This document shows, piece by piece, positions 55,755-64,000 of a DNA stretch of 64,000 bases. Source of the DNA: Myxococcota bacterium (lineage in GTDB: Bacteria; Myxococcota_A; UBA796). The notes beneath the pieces are model-generated. The model searched no databases, had not been told where the DNA came from, and worked only from the letters and a program-made list of their open reading frames with translations. How positions within the stretch are numbered: the first letter of the stretch is position 1; each line of letters opens with the position of its first letter. A program made the position numbers and the translations under genes. The stretch lies in NCBI GenBank assembly GCA_047621685.1, contig JBLHNG010000001.1, positions 16,986 through 80,985 of the forward strand, read 5' to 3'.

Positions 55755-56594
55755 ATGCCCAGTGACTACGCCCGCATCGCCACCGCAATCCGCTACCTCG
55801 ACACCACCGCCACCACCCAGCCCTCCCTCGCAGAAGTCGCCGCCCACATCGGCCTCAGCGAACACCACTTCCAGCGCCTGTTCCGTCGCTGGGCCGGAGT
55901 CTCGCCCAAGCGCTTCCTCCAGTTCCTCACCGTCACCCACGCCCGGCAGCTCCTCGAGGACTCCCACAGCAGCGTCCAGACTGCAATGAAGACCGGCCTC
56001 TCCAGCCCTGGTCGGCTGCACGATCTGGTCTGCACCATCGAGGCTGCCACCCCGGGTGAGCTGAAGAAAGGCGGGATGCACATCCGCTGGGGCATCTCTG
56101 AGAGTCCGTATGGCCGGGTGATGCTCGGGCAGACTGACCGCGGAGTGTGCTGGCTGGACTTTCTGCCCGACGACATGACCGAAGAGGACTCAGTGGGACG
56201 GCTGGCCCATGCCTGGCCGGGTGCGGACCTGCTCCACCATCCCGATGAGGCCAGCACGCTGGTTACACGCATATTTGCTGGCGAGCGCCCAGCACTGCTG
56301 ACCACCGGCACCAACTTCCAGCTCCAGGTCTGGCGGGCGCTGCTGCGCATCCCTCCGGGCACGGTCACCTCGTATGGCGTGCTGGCGAATGCCATCGGGC
56401 GCTCCGGTGCCAGCCGCGCGGTCGGTCGCGCCATCGGCAGCAACCCCATCGGCTACCTGATTCCCTGCCATCGGGTGATTCGCCAGACCGGCGGGTTTGC
56501 GAGCTATCGCTGGGGGCTGGTCCGAAAGAAGGCGCTGCTCGGACACGAGGCCGTGACACACCGAGGGGGTGTCCAACCTGACGCTGCGCGGTGA
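55755..56594 (+). CDS. AraC-type HTH fused to methylated-DNA-protein-cysteine methyltransferase (Ada/AdaA-Ogt-like)
   Basis: SLAEVAAHIGLSEHHFQRLFRRWAGVSPKRF (AraC HTH). C-terminal IPCHRVI active-site motif with SYGVLA...AVG.A.G.NP. Confidence 0.85.
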   Translation: MPSDYARIATAIRYLDTTATTQPSLAEVAAHIGLSEHHFQRLFRRWAGVSPKRFLQFLTVTHARQLLEDSHSSVQTAMKTGLSSPGRLHDLVCTIEAATPGELKKGGMHIRWGISESPYGRVMLGQTDRGVCWLDFLPDDMTEEDSVGRLAHAWPGADLLHHPDEASTLVTRIFAGERPALLTTGTNFQLQVWRALLRIPPGTVTSYGVLANAIGRSGASRAVGRAIGSNPIGYLIPCHRVIRQTGGFASYRWGLVRKKALLGHEAVTHRGGVQPDAAR

Positions 56595-56607
56595 TACCTT
56601 CCCCGGC

Positions 56608-58410
56608 ATGAAGCCCTTTACCTTCGCGGTCATCGCCGACTCCCACTTCCACCCGCCGGGCATCCCCGCCCAGGCTGCCTGGGAGTCCGACGCCTCCTTC
56701 AACGACCGCAACCGCCACGCCGTCGACCTCGTCGTCCATGCCCGGCCCGAGTTCGTCGTGCATGTCGGCGACGTGCCCCATCCGGTGCCCGGCCTCGTTG
56801 CCCATGAGCGCGCCCTCGATGTCGCCCAGGCCACCTACGCCGCCCTGCCCTGTCCGCTGTTCATGGTCCCCGGCAACCACGACATCGGCGACAAGCCCCA
56901 CCCCTGGGCTCCCGCCCCCACCGTAACCGTGGAGCGTCACGAGGCGTTTACGGCCCGCTGGGGTCCGCCATGGCAGGTCTTTGAGCACAGCGGCTGTCGG
57001 ATGCTGCTCATCGACACCCCGGTGCTCAACTCTGGCCTGCCGATGGAGGCGGAGCAGTGGGCCTGGCTGGAGGGTGTCCTGGCAGAGCCGATGCGCACCT
57101 TCGTCTTCCTGCACTACCCGCCGTTCCTGCTCAACCGCGACGAGCCGGAGCACTACGACAACATCGCCCAGCCCGCCCGGGATCGGCTGCTGGCGCTGCT
57201 GGCGGGCACCGAGGCGATCTTCTGCGGGCACGTCCACCGCTTCTTCTGGAACCCCGTCGAAGAGACTGACCTGTATGTGGTCCCAGCGACCTCGTTCGTG
57301 CGGCCCGGCTACAGCGAGCTGGGGCGCACCGGTCCGGGCGCGGAGTTTGGCCGAAACGACGAAGACAAGCTCGGCATCGCGTTTGTGCATGTCACCGAGG
57401 ATGGTCACCGGGTGGAGTGGGTGCGCACCAACCAGCCCCGCCCCGCCCTGCCCGCGCTGATGCCGGGCCAGTCACCAGCCCCCGCCTGTCCGCTGGGCGT
57501 CACCCTCCGGCACGCCTGGGATCAGCCGATGGACGTGCCCTGCGATGGGCTCGACCCGTTCCGCCGCAAGCAGGCGCGGGACGATCTGGTCATCCAGGCG
57601 ATCTGGGAGCTTGGGATCACCCAGCTGCGGCTGCCGATCTCTGACCTCATCCAGCCCGCGACCCGCTCCCGGCTCATCGCCCTCGCCCGACACGGCCAGC
57701 GTGCGGTGTTGTTCTCCGCCGAATTGCCCAATGCAGAGACCCTCGCGCTGCTGGTGGAACACCGGGAGATCATCACCGCCTTCGAGCTGATCGTGCCGCG
57801 CAGCTGGGTGTCGCGAACCGATCTGCTGCCCGACCTCGACGGTCTGCCCCCGGTGTGGCTCTCGGCGGTCGGTCGCAAGACCGCCACCGACGAGGTCTGC
57901 TTCTCCCACTTCCCTCGGCCCGGCTTCCTGCCAGAGGAAGACATCGACCTGCCGAGCGGGGCGGTGGTTCGCATCTCACCGGAGCGGGACGCCTTTGAGG
58001 GCGTGGCTTCCGCAGAGAGAGTGGGCGCAGTTGCAGCGCATGTCTGGCTGCCGAGGGCCGAGGAGTCGAGCCGCTTCACTGACGATGCCGCGGTCACCCG
58101 GCGGGTGGTGGAGGCTGCAATCGCTGCCCATGCCCACCCCGCCATCTCGGTCATCCTCGACGCATTCCTCGACCATGATCGAGGTTACTACCCCCGTAAT
58201 GGTCTTCTCACCCGGCAGACGGTGCCCCGGCCGGCGTTCCATGCGCTGCGCAACCTCTCCCGACTCCTGCCTGCCGGGGCCACCGTGACCCGGATTGATG
58301 GCGGCTATGCGCTGTCCACCGGCGCGAAGGTGCTGCTGTCGGCGGGGGCGGAGGGCATCGATCTGGTGACCGGCCAGCCCGCTGAGGATGGCCCGCGCTG
58401 GGTTCAGTAG
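56608..58410 (+). CDS. Calcineurin-like metallophosphoesterase with large C-terminal extension
   Basis: FAVIADSHF, HVGDV, VPGNHD, FLHYPP, CGHVHRF motifs. The ~330-aa C-terminal region is unassigned. Confidence 0.75.
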   Translation: MKPFTFAVIADSHFHPPGIPAQAAWESDASFNDRNRHAVDLVVHARPEFVVHVGDVPHPVPGLVAHERALDVAQATYAALPCPLFMVPGNHDIGDKPHPWAPAPTVTVERHEAFTARWGPPWQVFEHSGCRMLLIDTPVLNSGLPMEAEQWAWLEGVLAEPMRTFVFLHYPPFLLNRDEPEHYDNIAQPARDRLLALLAGTEAIFCGHVHRFFWNPVEETDLYVVPATSFVRPGYSELGRTGPGAEFGRNDEDKLGIAFVHVTEDGHRVEWVRTNQPRPALPALMPGQSPAPACPLGVTLRHAWDQPMDVPCDGLDPFRRKQARDDLVIQAIWELGITQLRLPISDLIQPATRSRLIALARHGQRAVLFSAELPNAETLALLVEHREIITAFELIVPRSWVSRTDLLPDLDGLPPVWLSAVGRKTATDEVCFSHFPRPGFLPEEDIDLPSGAVVRISPERDAFEGVASAERVGAVAAHVWLPRAEESSRFTDDAAVTRRVVEAAIAAHAHPAISVILDAFLDHDRGYYPRNGLLTRQTVPRPAFHALRNLSRLLPAGATVTRIDGGYALSTGAKVLLSAGAEGIDLVTGQPAEDGPRWVQ

Positions 58411-59369
58411 TCGTCGACCTTCGACAGACCGCCGCGCTTTCGCAGCCACAGCTCCATGCCCTCTCGGCCCGCCAGTGCTGTGGCGAGTCTGGTCAGCAGT
58501 GCCGGGGTCGCGAGGGTGGTGAGGTCACCGAGCGCGGCAAAGTCCCCGGAAGTCAGCACTGCGGCCACCGCCTCAAGCTCGTCGACGTCTGCGGTGATGA
58601 CCACCTCATCATCTTCTGCTAACGACGCCTCTCGACCGGCCTTGCCCTCTCGCCAGGCCGCCAGCGCGAGGGCAAGCCCAGCTCGGGATACCCCGTCGAA
58701 CTCCCCGCGAAGCCACAGCCCCTCGGTGGAGATCGGGGCGCGGTCGGGGGCGTCCTCGGAGACTGTGAGGCCCCGGTTCCTGAGATCGGCGAGGGTCGCT
58801 GGGCTCAGGGCGCTCCGCCGAATCCCGACCGCGTCGATGTGTGCTCCGGTGACGTCTGCCATGAGCAGGTCCGCCCACTTCAGGTCCACTCCTCGCAGGT
58901 CCGCGCCGCGCAGGGTGGCACTCCGCATCCGGGCGCGCTGGAGGTTGGCGCCATTGAGGCTGGCGCTGGCGAGGTTGGCCCCCTGGAGGACGGCCAGCTG
59001 AGCGCGCGCCTGGTTCAGCTCGGCGAAGCGCAGGTCGGCCCCGGCGAGCACTGCGCCCTCCAGCTGGGCGCTGTGCAGGCGAGTGTTGCGCAGGTCGGCG
59101 TCGTTGAGCTTCGCCCCCTGGAGATTGGCCCGGCTGAGCTGAGCACCAGACAGGATGGCGCCGCGGAGATCGGCTCCGAACAGATTGGCCCCGGTGAGGG
59201 TCGCCCCGGACAGGTCGGCTCCCCTCAGGTCGGTGTTTCGCAGCGCGGCGGTGGAGAAGTCGAGTCCCCGAACCGGGCGTCTGGCGGAGAGGTAGCTGAG
59301 GAGGAGCTTTCCCTTCTCTTCGACATTGAGGTGGGAGCCGGGCACAGGTAGGGAGTCGTCGTACAACAC
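58404..59369 (-). CDS. Pentapeptide repeat protein
   Basis: Long run of A(D/N)LxG-type pentapeptides (LRGADLSGATLTGANLFGADLRGAILSGAQLSRANLQGAKL...). Confidence 0.85.
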   Translation of the reverse strand: MLYDDSLPVPGSHLNVEEKGKLLLSYLSARRPVRGLDFSTAALRNTDLRGADLSGATLTGANLFGADLRGAILSGAQLSRANLQGAKLNDADLRNTRLHSAQLEGAVLAGADLRFAELNQARAQLAVLQGANLASASLNGANLQRARMRSATLRGADLRGVDLKWADLLMADVTGAHIDAVGIRRSALSPATLADLRNRGLTVSEDAPDRAPISTEGLWLRGEFDGVSRAGLALALAAWREGKAGREASLAEDDEVVITADVDELEAVAAVLTSGDFAALGDLTTLATPALLTRLATALAGREGMELWLRKRGGLSKVDDY

Positions 59370-59518
59370 AGTGTCCTTGGATGCAGCCGTTACACTATGC
59401 GGCTCACAGGAGTCCTCAACATGAAATCACCGGGTCCATTCCACCTGAACACCACGCGGCTCGTCCTCGGTCGAGGCTCTCAGGCCACCACAAAAGCCGT
59501 AACACCGGGGCGCGAGCG

Positions 59519-60694
59519 ATGAGGGCCATGCTCGGGGATCGCAGTCTGTTCCCGGACCTCTCCTGGGAGGTCTACCTCAACCACGCTGCGATCTCTCCGC
59601 CCTCCACCCCGGTCCTCCAGGCTGCAGCAGCGGTGTCGCAGTCCTATGCATCACAGGGTGTTACGGCATTCCCGATTTGGATGGAGTCCCGGGAGGTTCT
59701 GCGTGGAAAGCTCGCCCGCCTCATCCATGCCGCACCCGAAGACATTGCCCTGACTGCCAACACCACCGCCGGGGTGATCGCGGTGGCCAATTGTTTCCCG
59801 TGGAACAATGGGGACGGTGTGGTGGTGTTCTCTGGGGAGTTTCCCACCAACGTCACCCCCTGGCAGCAGGCTGCGCGCAGCTTCGGGCTTCGGCTCACTC
59901 AGCTCTCCCTGGATGGCTTCGGGGATGGCAGCGGCGCTGGGCTGGCTCGGCTGGAGGCGGCGCTGAAGCAGGGCGTGGTGCTGGTGGCGGTCAGCGCGGT
60001 GCAGTTCCAGACCGGACTGGCCATGCCGATCAAGGCGATGGCCGACCTCGCCCACCGCTACGGTGCTCAGCTGTTCGTGGATGGCATCCAGGCGGTCGGT
60101 GCGGTCGAGCTGGATGCACGCGATGTGGACTACCTCGCTGTTGGCTCTCACAAGTGGCTGATGGGCATCGAGGGCTGTGGGTTCCTCTACGTTCATCCCG
60201 ATCGCATCGGCGCGTTGGTGCCGCGCATGGCCGGCTGGTTGTCCCATGACGACGGGCTCGGTTTCTTGTTCAACGGCGCGGGACACCTCCGCTATGACCG
60301 GCCGATTCGCCGTCGGGCCGACTTCTTAGAGGCCGGGGCATACAACTCGGCGGGCTTCCAGGCGCTGCTCGCCTCGGTGTCTCTCATCGAACACCTTGGT
60401 GTTACGGCGATCTTTGCGCACATCACCGCCTACCTCGACGCCCTGGAGCTCGGCCTGCTCGCCCAGGGCTTCACCAGCCTTCGAGCACCCGATCCCGCTG
60501 CGCGCTCGGGCATCCTCAGTGTGCTTCCGCCAGAAGGGGTGGATCTCCTCCAGCTCGCTGAGGCCCTCGCCGCTCGTGGCATCGGGGTGACCACTCCTGA
60601 CGGGCGCCTGCGGTTCTCGCCACACTGGCCCAACAGCCTCGATGAGGTCCCGGTGGTTCTGGCGGCAACCGAGGCCGCGATCAGATCGGCGTGA
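59519..60694 (+). CDS. Class V aminotransferase / cysteine desulfurase-like PLP enzyme
   Basis: YLNHAAISP, ALTANTT, and SHKWLMG (PLP-Lys context). The 3' end overlaps the convergent rSAM gene by 14 nt. Confidence 0.8.
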   Translation: MRAMLGDRSLFPDLSWEVYLNHAAISPPSTPVLQAAAAVSQSYASQGVTAFPIWMESREVLRGKLARLIHAAPEDIALTANTTAGVIAVANCFPWNNGDGVVVFSGEFPTNVTPWQQAARSFGLRLTQLSLDGFGDGSGAGLARLEAALKQGVVLVAVSAVQFQTGLAMPIKAMADLAHRYGAQLFVDGIQAVGAVELDARDVDYLAVGSHKWLMGIEGCGFLYVHPDRIGALVPRMAGWLSHDDGLGFLFNGAGHLRYDRPIRRRADFLEAGAYNSAGFQALLASVSLIEHLGVTAIFAHITAYLDALELGLLAQGFTSLRAPDPAARSGILSVLPPEGVDLLQLAEALAARGIGVTTPDGRLRFSPHWPNSLDEVPVVLAATEAAIRSA

Positions 60695-61721
60695 GCCCGT
60701 CGTCGCCCCAGATGTCCAGGTAGTTCTGCCAGACTCCCTCGCACAGGTCGGCCCGGGTGCAGGTGCTGCAGGCTTTGGGGTGGCCCTTGAGGTCGTGGCG
60801 CTTGCGGTCCTGCCAGTTGAATCGGGCGCGACCGCCGTCGATTCGGGTCACGCCGTCGACCTCACCGTCGCCGTGCTTGTCGCTTCGGATCGAGCAGTCC
60901 GTAGACAGGTCGCGGTACTCGCCCATGTACTTCTTCAGCAGCCGCTCGCTCCGGCGTAGCTCCACCGGCAGCACACAGAGGGGGAAGCCGCCGAAGGTGA
61001 AGGTCTTCTTGAAGTGGAACTCGTTGAGCAGGATCGCTTTCTGGAGGATGGGCACGACCTTGTCGTACTGTGGGGTCAGGGAGCGGCTGCCCTCGGCGTA
61101 GCCCTCGGGGCGCACGAAGTTGACCCGGATGTCATCCAGCTCCAGCTCATCATAGAAGAACCGCATCATCTTCGGCAGATAACGGTAGTTCCAGCCGTTC
61201 AGGACGACGTTGATGGCGAGCCCATCGGGCAGGTAGCCGGCGGCACGCTTGGTGTTGAGGTAGCGGATGGCGGTGCACTTCTTCTCGAAGTTGCCAGGCA
61301 CCCGGGTGAGCCGGTCTTCCAGCGAGGCGGTGTGGCCATGCATGGAGATGGTGATTCGGGTCAGCCCGGCGTCGAGGATGCGGTCGGTGAAGTGCGTGAG
61401 GCGCAGCTTGGTGGCGTTGGTGGCGATGGCGATGCGGGTGAAGCCGATCTCCTTGCCATAGGCCACGGACTGCACGATCTTCGGGTAGGTCGTGGGCTCT
61501 CCACCCAGAAAGCCCAGCGAGCGGTGCCCGGCTGCGTGCCACTGCCGGATCTCCGCCTGCATCTGGTCAAACGGCATGTAGCTGCGGTCTTCTTTCTTGG
61601 GCAGACCGTCGAGGCAGAACACGCAGCGGTTGTTGCACGCCTTGCCGATGTTGATCTCGACGTTGCGGCGGACATCCCGGAGGGGGTTGTACAGCTGGTT
61701 GGCGGGGTGTTCTTCAGCCAT
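60681..61721 (-). CDS. Radical SAM protein with SPASM-like Cys motif (rSAM-C, third maturase of the HxS operon)
   Basis: IGKACNNRCVFCLDG, LGGEPTT, IATNATKL, ISMHGHTASLEDRLTRVPGNF, CSTCTRADLCEG, C-terminal ...DGLTPI. Confidence 0.85.
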   Translation of the reverse strand: MAEEHPANQLYNPLRDVRRNVEINIGKACNNRCVFCLDGLPKKEDRSYMPFDQMQAEIRQWHAAGHRSLGFLGGEPTTYPKIVQSVAYGKEIGFTRIAIATNATKLRLTHFTDRILDAGLTRITISMHGHTASLEDRLTRVPGNFEKKCTAIRYLNTKRAAGYLPDGLAINVVLNGWNYRYLPKMMRFFYDELELDDIRVNFVRPEGYAEGSRSLTPQYDKVVPILQKAILLNEFHFKKTFTFGGFPLCVLPVELRRSERLLKKYMGEYRDLSTDCSIRSDKHGDGEVDGVTRIDGGRARFNWQDRKRHDLKGHPKACSTCTRADLCEGVWQNYLDIWGDDGLTPI

Positions 61722-61730
61722 AAGCTCAGC

Positions 61731-62690
61731 CTATCCCAGAATCGGGGTCAGATCGGTGGTCGGCCACTTGCGGGCATATTCGTCGAACACCCCCATGCAG
61801 ACGCCGCGAAGGGTGCAGCCCTCGCACTGCGCGACATGGACTCGCTTGCGGTCAGGTGCCCAGGAGTAGAGGCCCTCGAACTTCACCGAGCCGGGGTGAG
61901 CGGTCCACTCCACGGTCACCCGGGGATCCCAGTGCAGATCGTTGGACAGCGCGCGGTGGCTGCCCAGCAGGCACATCGGCACCCCGAAGAAGCGCAACAC
62001 GGCGGTCTCTGCGGCGGACACGGAGCGGGGCAGGACATCGGCGAGCACACTCAGCGGCACCGCGAGGTCTTCGTAGGCATCGAGCCCTGCGCCCTCGGGG
62101 GTGGTGTTGGAGACCACGATGAGCTTCGCGCCCAGCGAGTCCGCCAGGGCGATGGTCTCGGGGAGCTTCTCAGCATTGTGACGGGTGATCACGGTGTTGA
62201 TGAAGGCTCCGAAGTCTCCTCGAAGCGCGATACAGCGGCGGATTGCCTCGGTGACCCGGTCGAAGCTGCCCTCGCGGCGGGCGAGGGCGTCGTGGGTGGC
62301 GGCATCTGGGCCGTGCAGGGAGAACAGGCCCTCGTCGAGGTACTCGATGACCGTCTCTGCGAAGCCTGGTCGGGACAGCATGGTGCCGATGGTGCCGATG
62401 GAGGTGCGCATCCCCAGCTTCTTGGACAGCCGGAGGACGTCGAGAAAGCGGGGGTGTATCGTCGGCTCACCGCCGGTGAAGTGCACCCCGTCTCCGCCCC
62501 GGGCCGCATGTCGACGCAGCACGGTCGCCGCCCGCCCCCAGGTCACCGGGAAGCGCTTGAAGCGCTCCATCCGGTGCTCCTCGGAGCAGAACACGCAGCG
62601 CTCCGGGCAGGTGTAGGTCAGGTGCAATTCCAGCCGGCGCATGATCTGACCCTCAGGGCCGATCCAGGGAGTGAGGTTCTGCTCGGTCAT
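61731..62690 (-). CDS. Radical SAM protein with SPASM-like Cys motif (rSAM-B)
   Basis: LTYTCPERCVFCSE, FTGGEPTI, FSLHGPDAATHDALARREGSF, CEGCTLRGVCMG, C-terminal ...TDLTPI. ATG 62690 overlaps the upstream stop (ATGA). Confidence 0.85.
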   Translation of the reverse strand: MTEQNLTPWIGPEGQIMRRLELHLTYTCPERCVFCSEEHRMERFKRFPVTWGRAATVLRRHAARGGDGVHFTGGEPTIHPRFLDVLRLSKKLGMRTSIGTIGTMLSRPGFAETVIEYLDEGLFSLHGPDAATHDALARREGSFDRVTEAIRRCIALRGDFGAFINTVITRHNAEKLPETIALADSLGAKLIVVSNTTPEGAGLDAYEDLAVPLSVLADVLPRSVSAAETAVLRFFGVPMCLLGSHRALSNDLHWDPRVTVEWTAHPGSVKFEGLYSWAPDRKRVHVAQCEGCTLRGVCMGVFDEYARKWPTTDLTPILG

Positions 62691-63649
62691 GCCGCTCCCC
62701 TCCGCTTTCGATAGGCACGCAGCGCGGGGTAGAGCCCGCGACACAGCCGGGTCAGCTCTGCATCGACCGCCATGGTGGACTGCCACACCTTCTCTGGGAG
62801 GTGAGTCGCCAGCAGCCCGTTGATCGCCTCGGCTTTCTCGGCGAGGGCCTCGGGAGTGGGCGGGTCATCGAGGGTGCCGATGGTGGTCTGATCGCGGAGG
62901 TGGTCCAGGGTGCCGGAGAGCCCGACATTGGAGGGGTGGATGGTGCGGTCGGAGTCGACCACGAAGCCGGTGTTGAAGAACGGGGTGGGTGCCTGGGTGA
63001 ACAGGTTTCGCAGGTAGAAGTGTCGACCGGAGCGCCAGCGATCCTCGATGATCCCTCGGATGGCGTCGAAGGAAGCCGCCAGCGCGGCGAGCTGGTGGGT
63101 CTTCCAGGGGATGTAGTAGCCGGGGAGCAGGTTGAACCGGTAGAATCCAAGCGACAGCAGGTGGCTCAGGTTGTCGGCGGCCCGGCTGGCGGTGGCGGGC
63201 GGGATGGTCTGGGTGATGACCAGCCGGGTGAGGGTGAGCAGCGACTCACGCAGGGTCATCAGGTGGTCGTAGGCGTCCGCGACTCCAGGCAGTGCCCGAC
63301 GCATTCGGCGGTGATCTTCGGGCGCACCGTCCATGGAGATGGTCAGGATTCCCTTCTTGTAACCTCGGAGATACTCGATCCACTCCGGCGTGAGGCCGAG
63401 ACCGTTGGTGGAGAGGTAGACCCGCCGGATCTCCGGACGATCTCGGGCGGCCTCCATCGCGGCCCGGACCACCTCAGGGACCAGCAAGGGCTCGCCGCCA
63501 AACAGCTTGACGTCACCGCCGCCGTATCGATCGGCGAACAGAGACACCGCCAGCCGGGCGTCGTCCGGTGTCAGGGAGGGCCAGCCGTCTTTTGCCGTGG
63601 GGCAATACGAGCAGCGGAGGTCACAAGCCCGGGTGACGGTGAGAATCAC
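62687..63649 (-). CDS. Radical SAM protein without C-terminal Cys cluster motif (rSAM-A, first maturase after the HxS precursor)
   Basis: VTRACDLRCSYCP (CxxxCxxC), LFGGEPLL, LSTNGLGL, ISMDGAPEDHRRMR. GTG start 12 nt after, and in the same frame as, the precursor stop. Confidence 0.85.
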   Translation of the reverse strand: MILTVTRACDLRCSYCPTAKDGWPSLTPDDARLAVSLFADRYGGGDVKLFGGEPLLVPEVVRAAMEAARDRPEIRRVYLSTNGLGLTPEWIEYLRGYKKGILTISMDGAPEDHRRMRRALPGVADAYDHLMTLRESLLTLTRLVITQTIPPATASRAADNLSHLLSLGFYRFNLLPGYYIPWKTHQLAALAASFDAIRGIIEDRWRSGRHFYLRNLFTQAPTPFFNTGFVVDSDRTIHPSNVGLSGTLDHLRDQTTIGTLDDPPTPEALAEKAEAINGLLATHLPEKVWQSTMAVDAELTRLCRGLYPALRAYRKRRGAA

Positions 63650-63661
63650 AGGTGAACCGGT

Positions 63662-64000
63662 TTACCACTGCCCGTGGGAGCCGTGGGAGCCATGGGAGCC
63701 GTGAGAGCCGTGAGAGCCGTGAGAGCCGTGGGAGCCGTGGGAACCATGAGAGCCATGAGAGCCGTGGGAACCATGAGAGCCGTGGGAACCATGAGAGCCA
63801 TGAGAGCCATGGGAGCAGTGAGAGGCATGAACCACGCCGGCGGTCGCTGGATCCGCGAGCAGGGCATCGGCCTTCAGCAGCAGCTCGCCGGAGTGATCCT
63901 TGCGGCAGGCCTGCTGGCGCTCAGATGCCTGGAGGTGGTCGGTGGCTTTGCGGGTGAGGGTGGGCAGCTTGGGAGCAGCCTTCTCGGTCCTGGTGCTGTC
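63662..64000 (-). CDS. His-Xaa-Ser repeat protein (HxsA-like RiPP-type precursor), 5'-truncated by the window edge; absent from the ORF track
   Basis: Manual translation of the minus strand (codons phased on 63662): ...KAAPKLPTLTRKATDHLQASERQQACRKDHSGELLLKADALLADPATAGVV-HAS-HCS-(HGS)x15-HGQW-TAA. The frame is open to base 64000. All inter-repeat nucleotide differences are synonymous in this frame only. Confidence 0.75.
   Translation of the reverse strand, partial: DSTRTEKAAPKLPTLTRKATDHLQASERQQACRKDHSGELLLKADALLADPATAGVVHASHCSHGSHGSHGSHGSHGSHGSHGSHGSHGSHGSHGSHGSHGSHGSHGSHGQW
63677..63829. repeat. 17 tandem 9-bp units encoding HxS triplets
   Basis: + strand units [ga]ga-[ga]c[ca]-[ga]tg, counted one by one: 15 HGS, 1 HCS, 1 HAS. 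Confidence 0.95.

Noticed and set aside
63677-63829. Possible CRISPR array or non-coding satellite
   Set aside because: The period is 9 bp with no spacers, it keeps a reading frame, and it ends in a proper stop. It is a coding HxS repeat, not a CRISPR array.
63646-63957. ORF-track entries 63646..63867 (minus, ...PMALMALMVPTALM...) and 63652..63957 (plus, ...SRGSHGSRESRESRGNHES...) covering the 9-bp repeat
   Set aside because: Both are alternative-frame or antisense readings of the HxS repeat. The inter-unit nucleotide differences are non-synonymous in these frames but synonymous in the HGS frame. Their non-repeat parts are Arg/Pro/Gly-rich off-frame text. The minus-strand one overlaps the rSAM-A start.

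Overview
GC-rich bacterial chromosomal segment. Third codon positions are overwhelmingly G/C, and long antisense shadow ORFs are common. About 60 protein-coding genes are supportable. I recognised no rRNA, tRNA, CRISPR array, transposase, integrase or phage genes. Housekeeping anchors are dut, pnp and rpsO on the minus strand at 11.8-15.1 kb. The gene content (FG-GAP lipoprotein, MopE-type Cys/Asp repeat giants, Cys-containing hydrophobic-RRRR C-terminal tails) suggests Myxococcota or a related lineage; this is inference only.

The main result is two paralogous radical SAM (rSAM) loci.

(1) At the right edge, minus strand, a gene missing from the ORF track runs off the window. It encodes HAS-HCS-(HGS)x15-HGQW-stop (63662..>64000), a His-Xaa-Ser repeat precursor. 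Three tightly coupled rSAM genes follow it directly (63649..60681).

(2) At the window centre, an HExxH-motif (aKG-HExxH peptide hydroxylase-like) gene at 30903..32096 (minus) faces four translationally coupled rSAM-family genes at 32151..37872 (plus). One of these has lost the CxxxCxxC cluster motif. No conventional precursor is visible, only a 21-codon bridging mini-ORF. This locus is flanked on both sides by secreted, Asp-rich, Ca-binding-repeat proteins that carry a shared MYXO-CTERM-like tail.

Other notable items:
- a bacterial RGS-domain protein
- a VKOR-DsbA-FGE triple fusion
- a 22-bp motif with a perfect 16-bp palindrome, present at two loci
- an apparently non-coding gap of about 1.1 kb
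- a methyltransferase remnant

All functional calls come from motif recognition by eye. No database searches were run.
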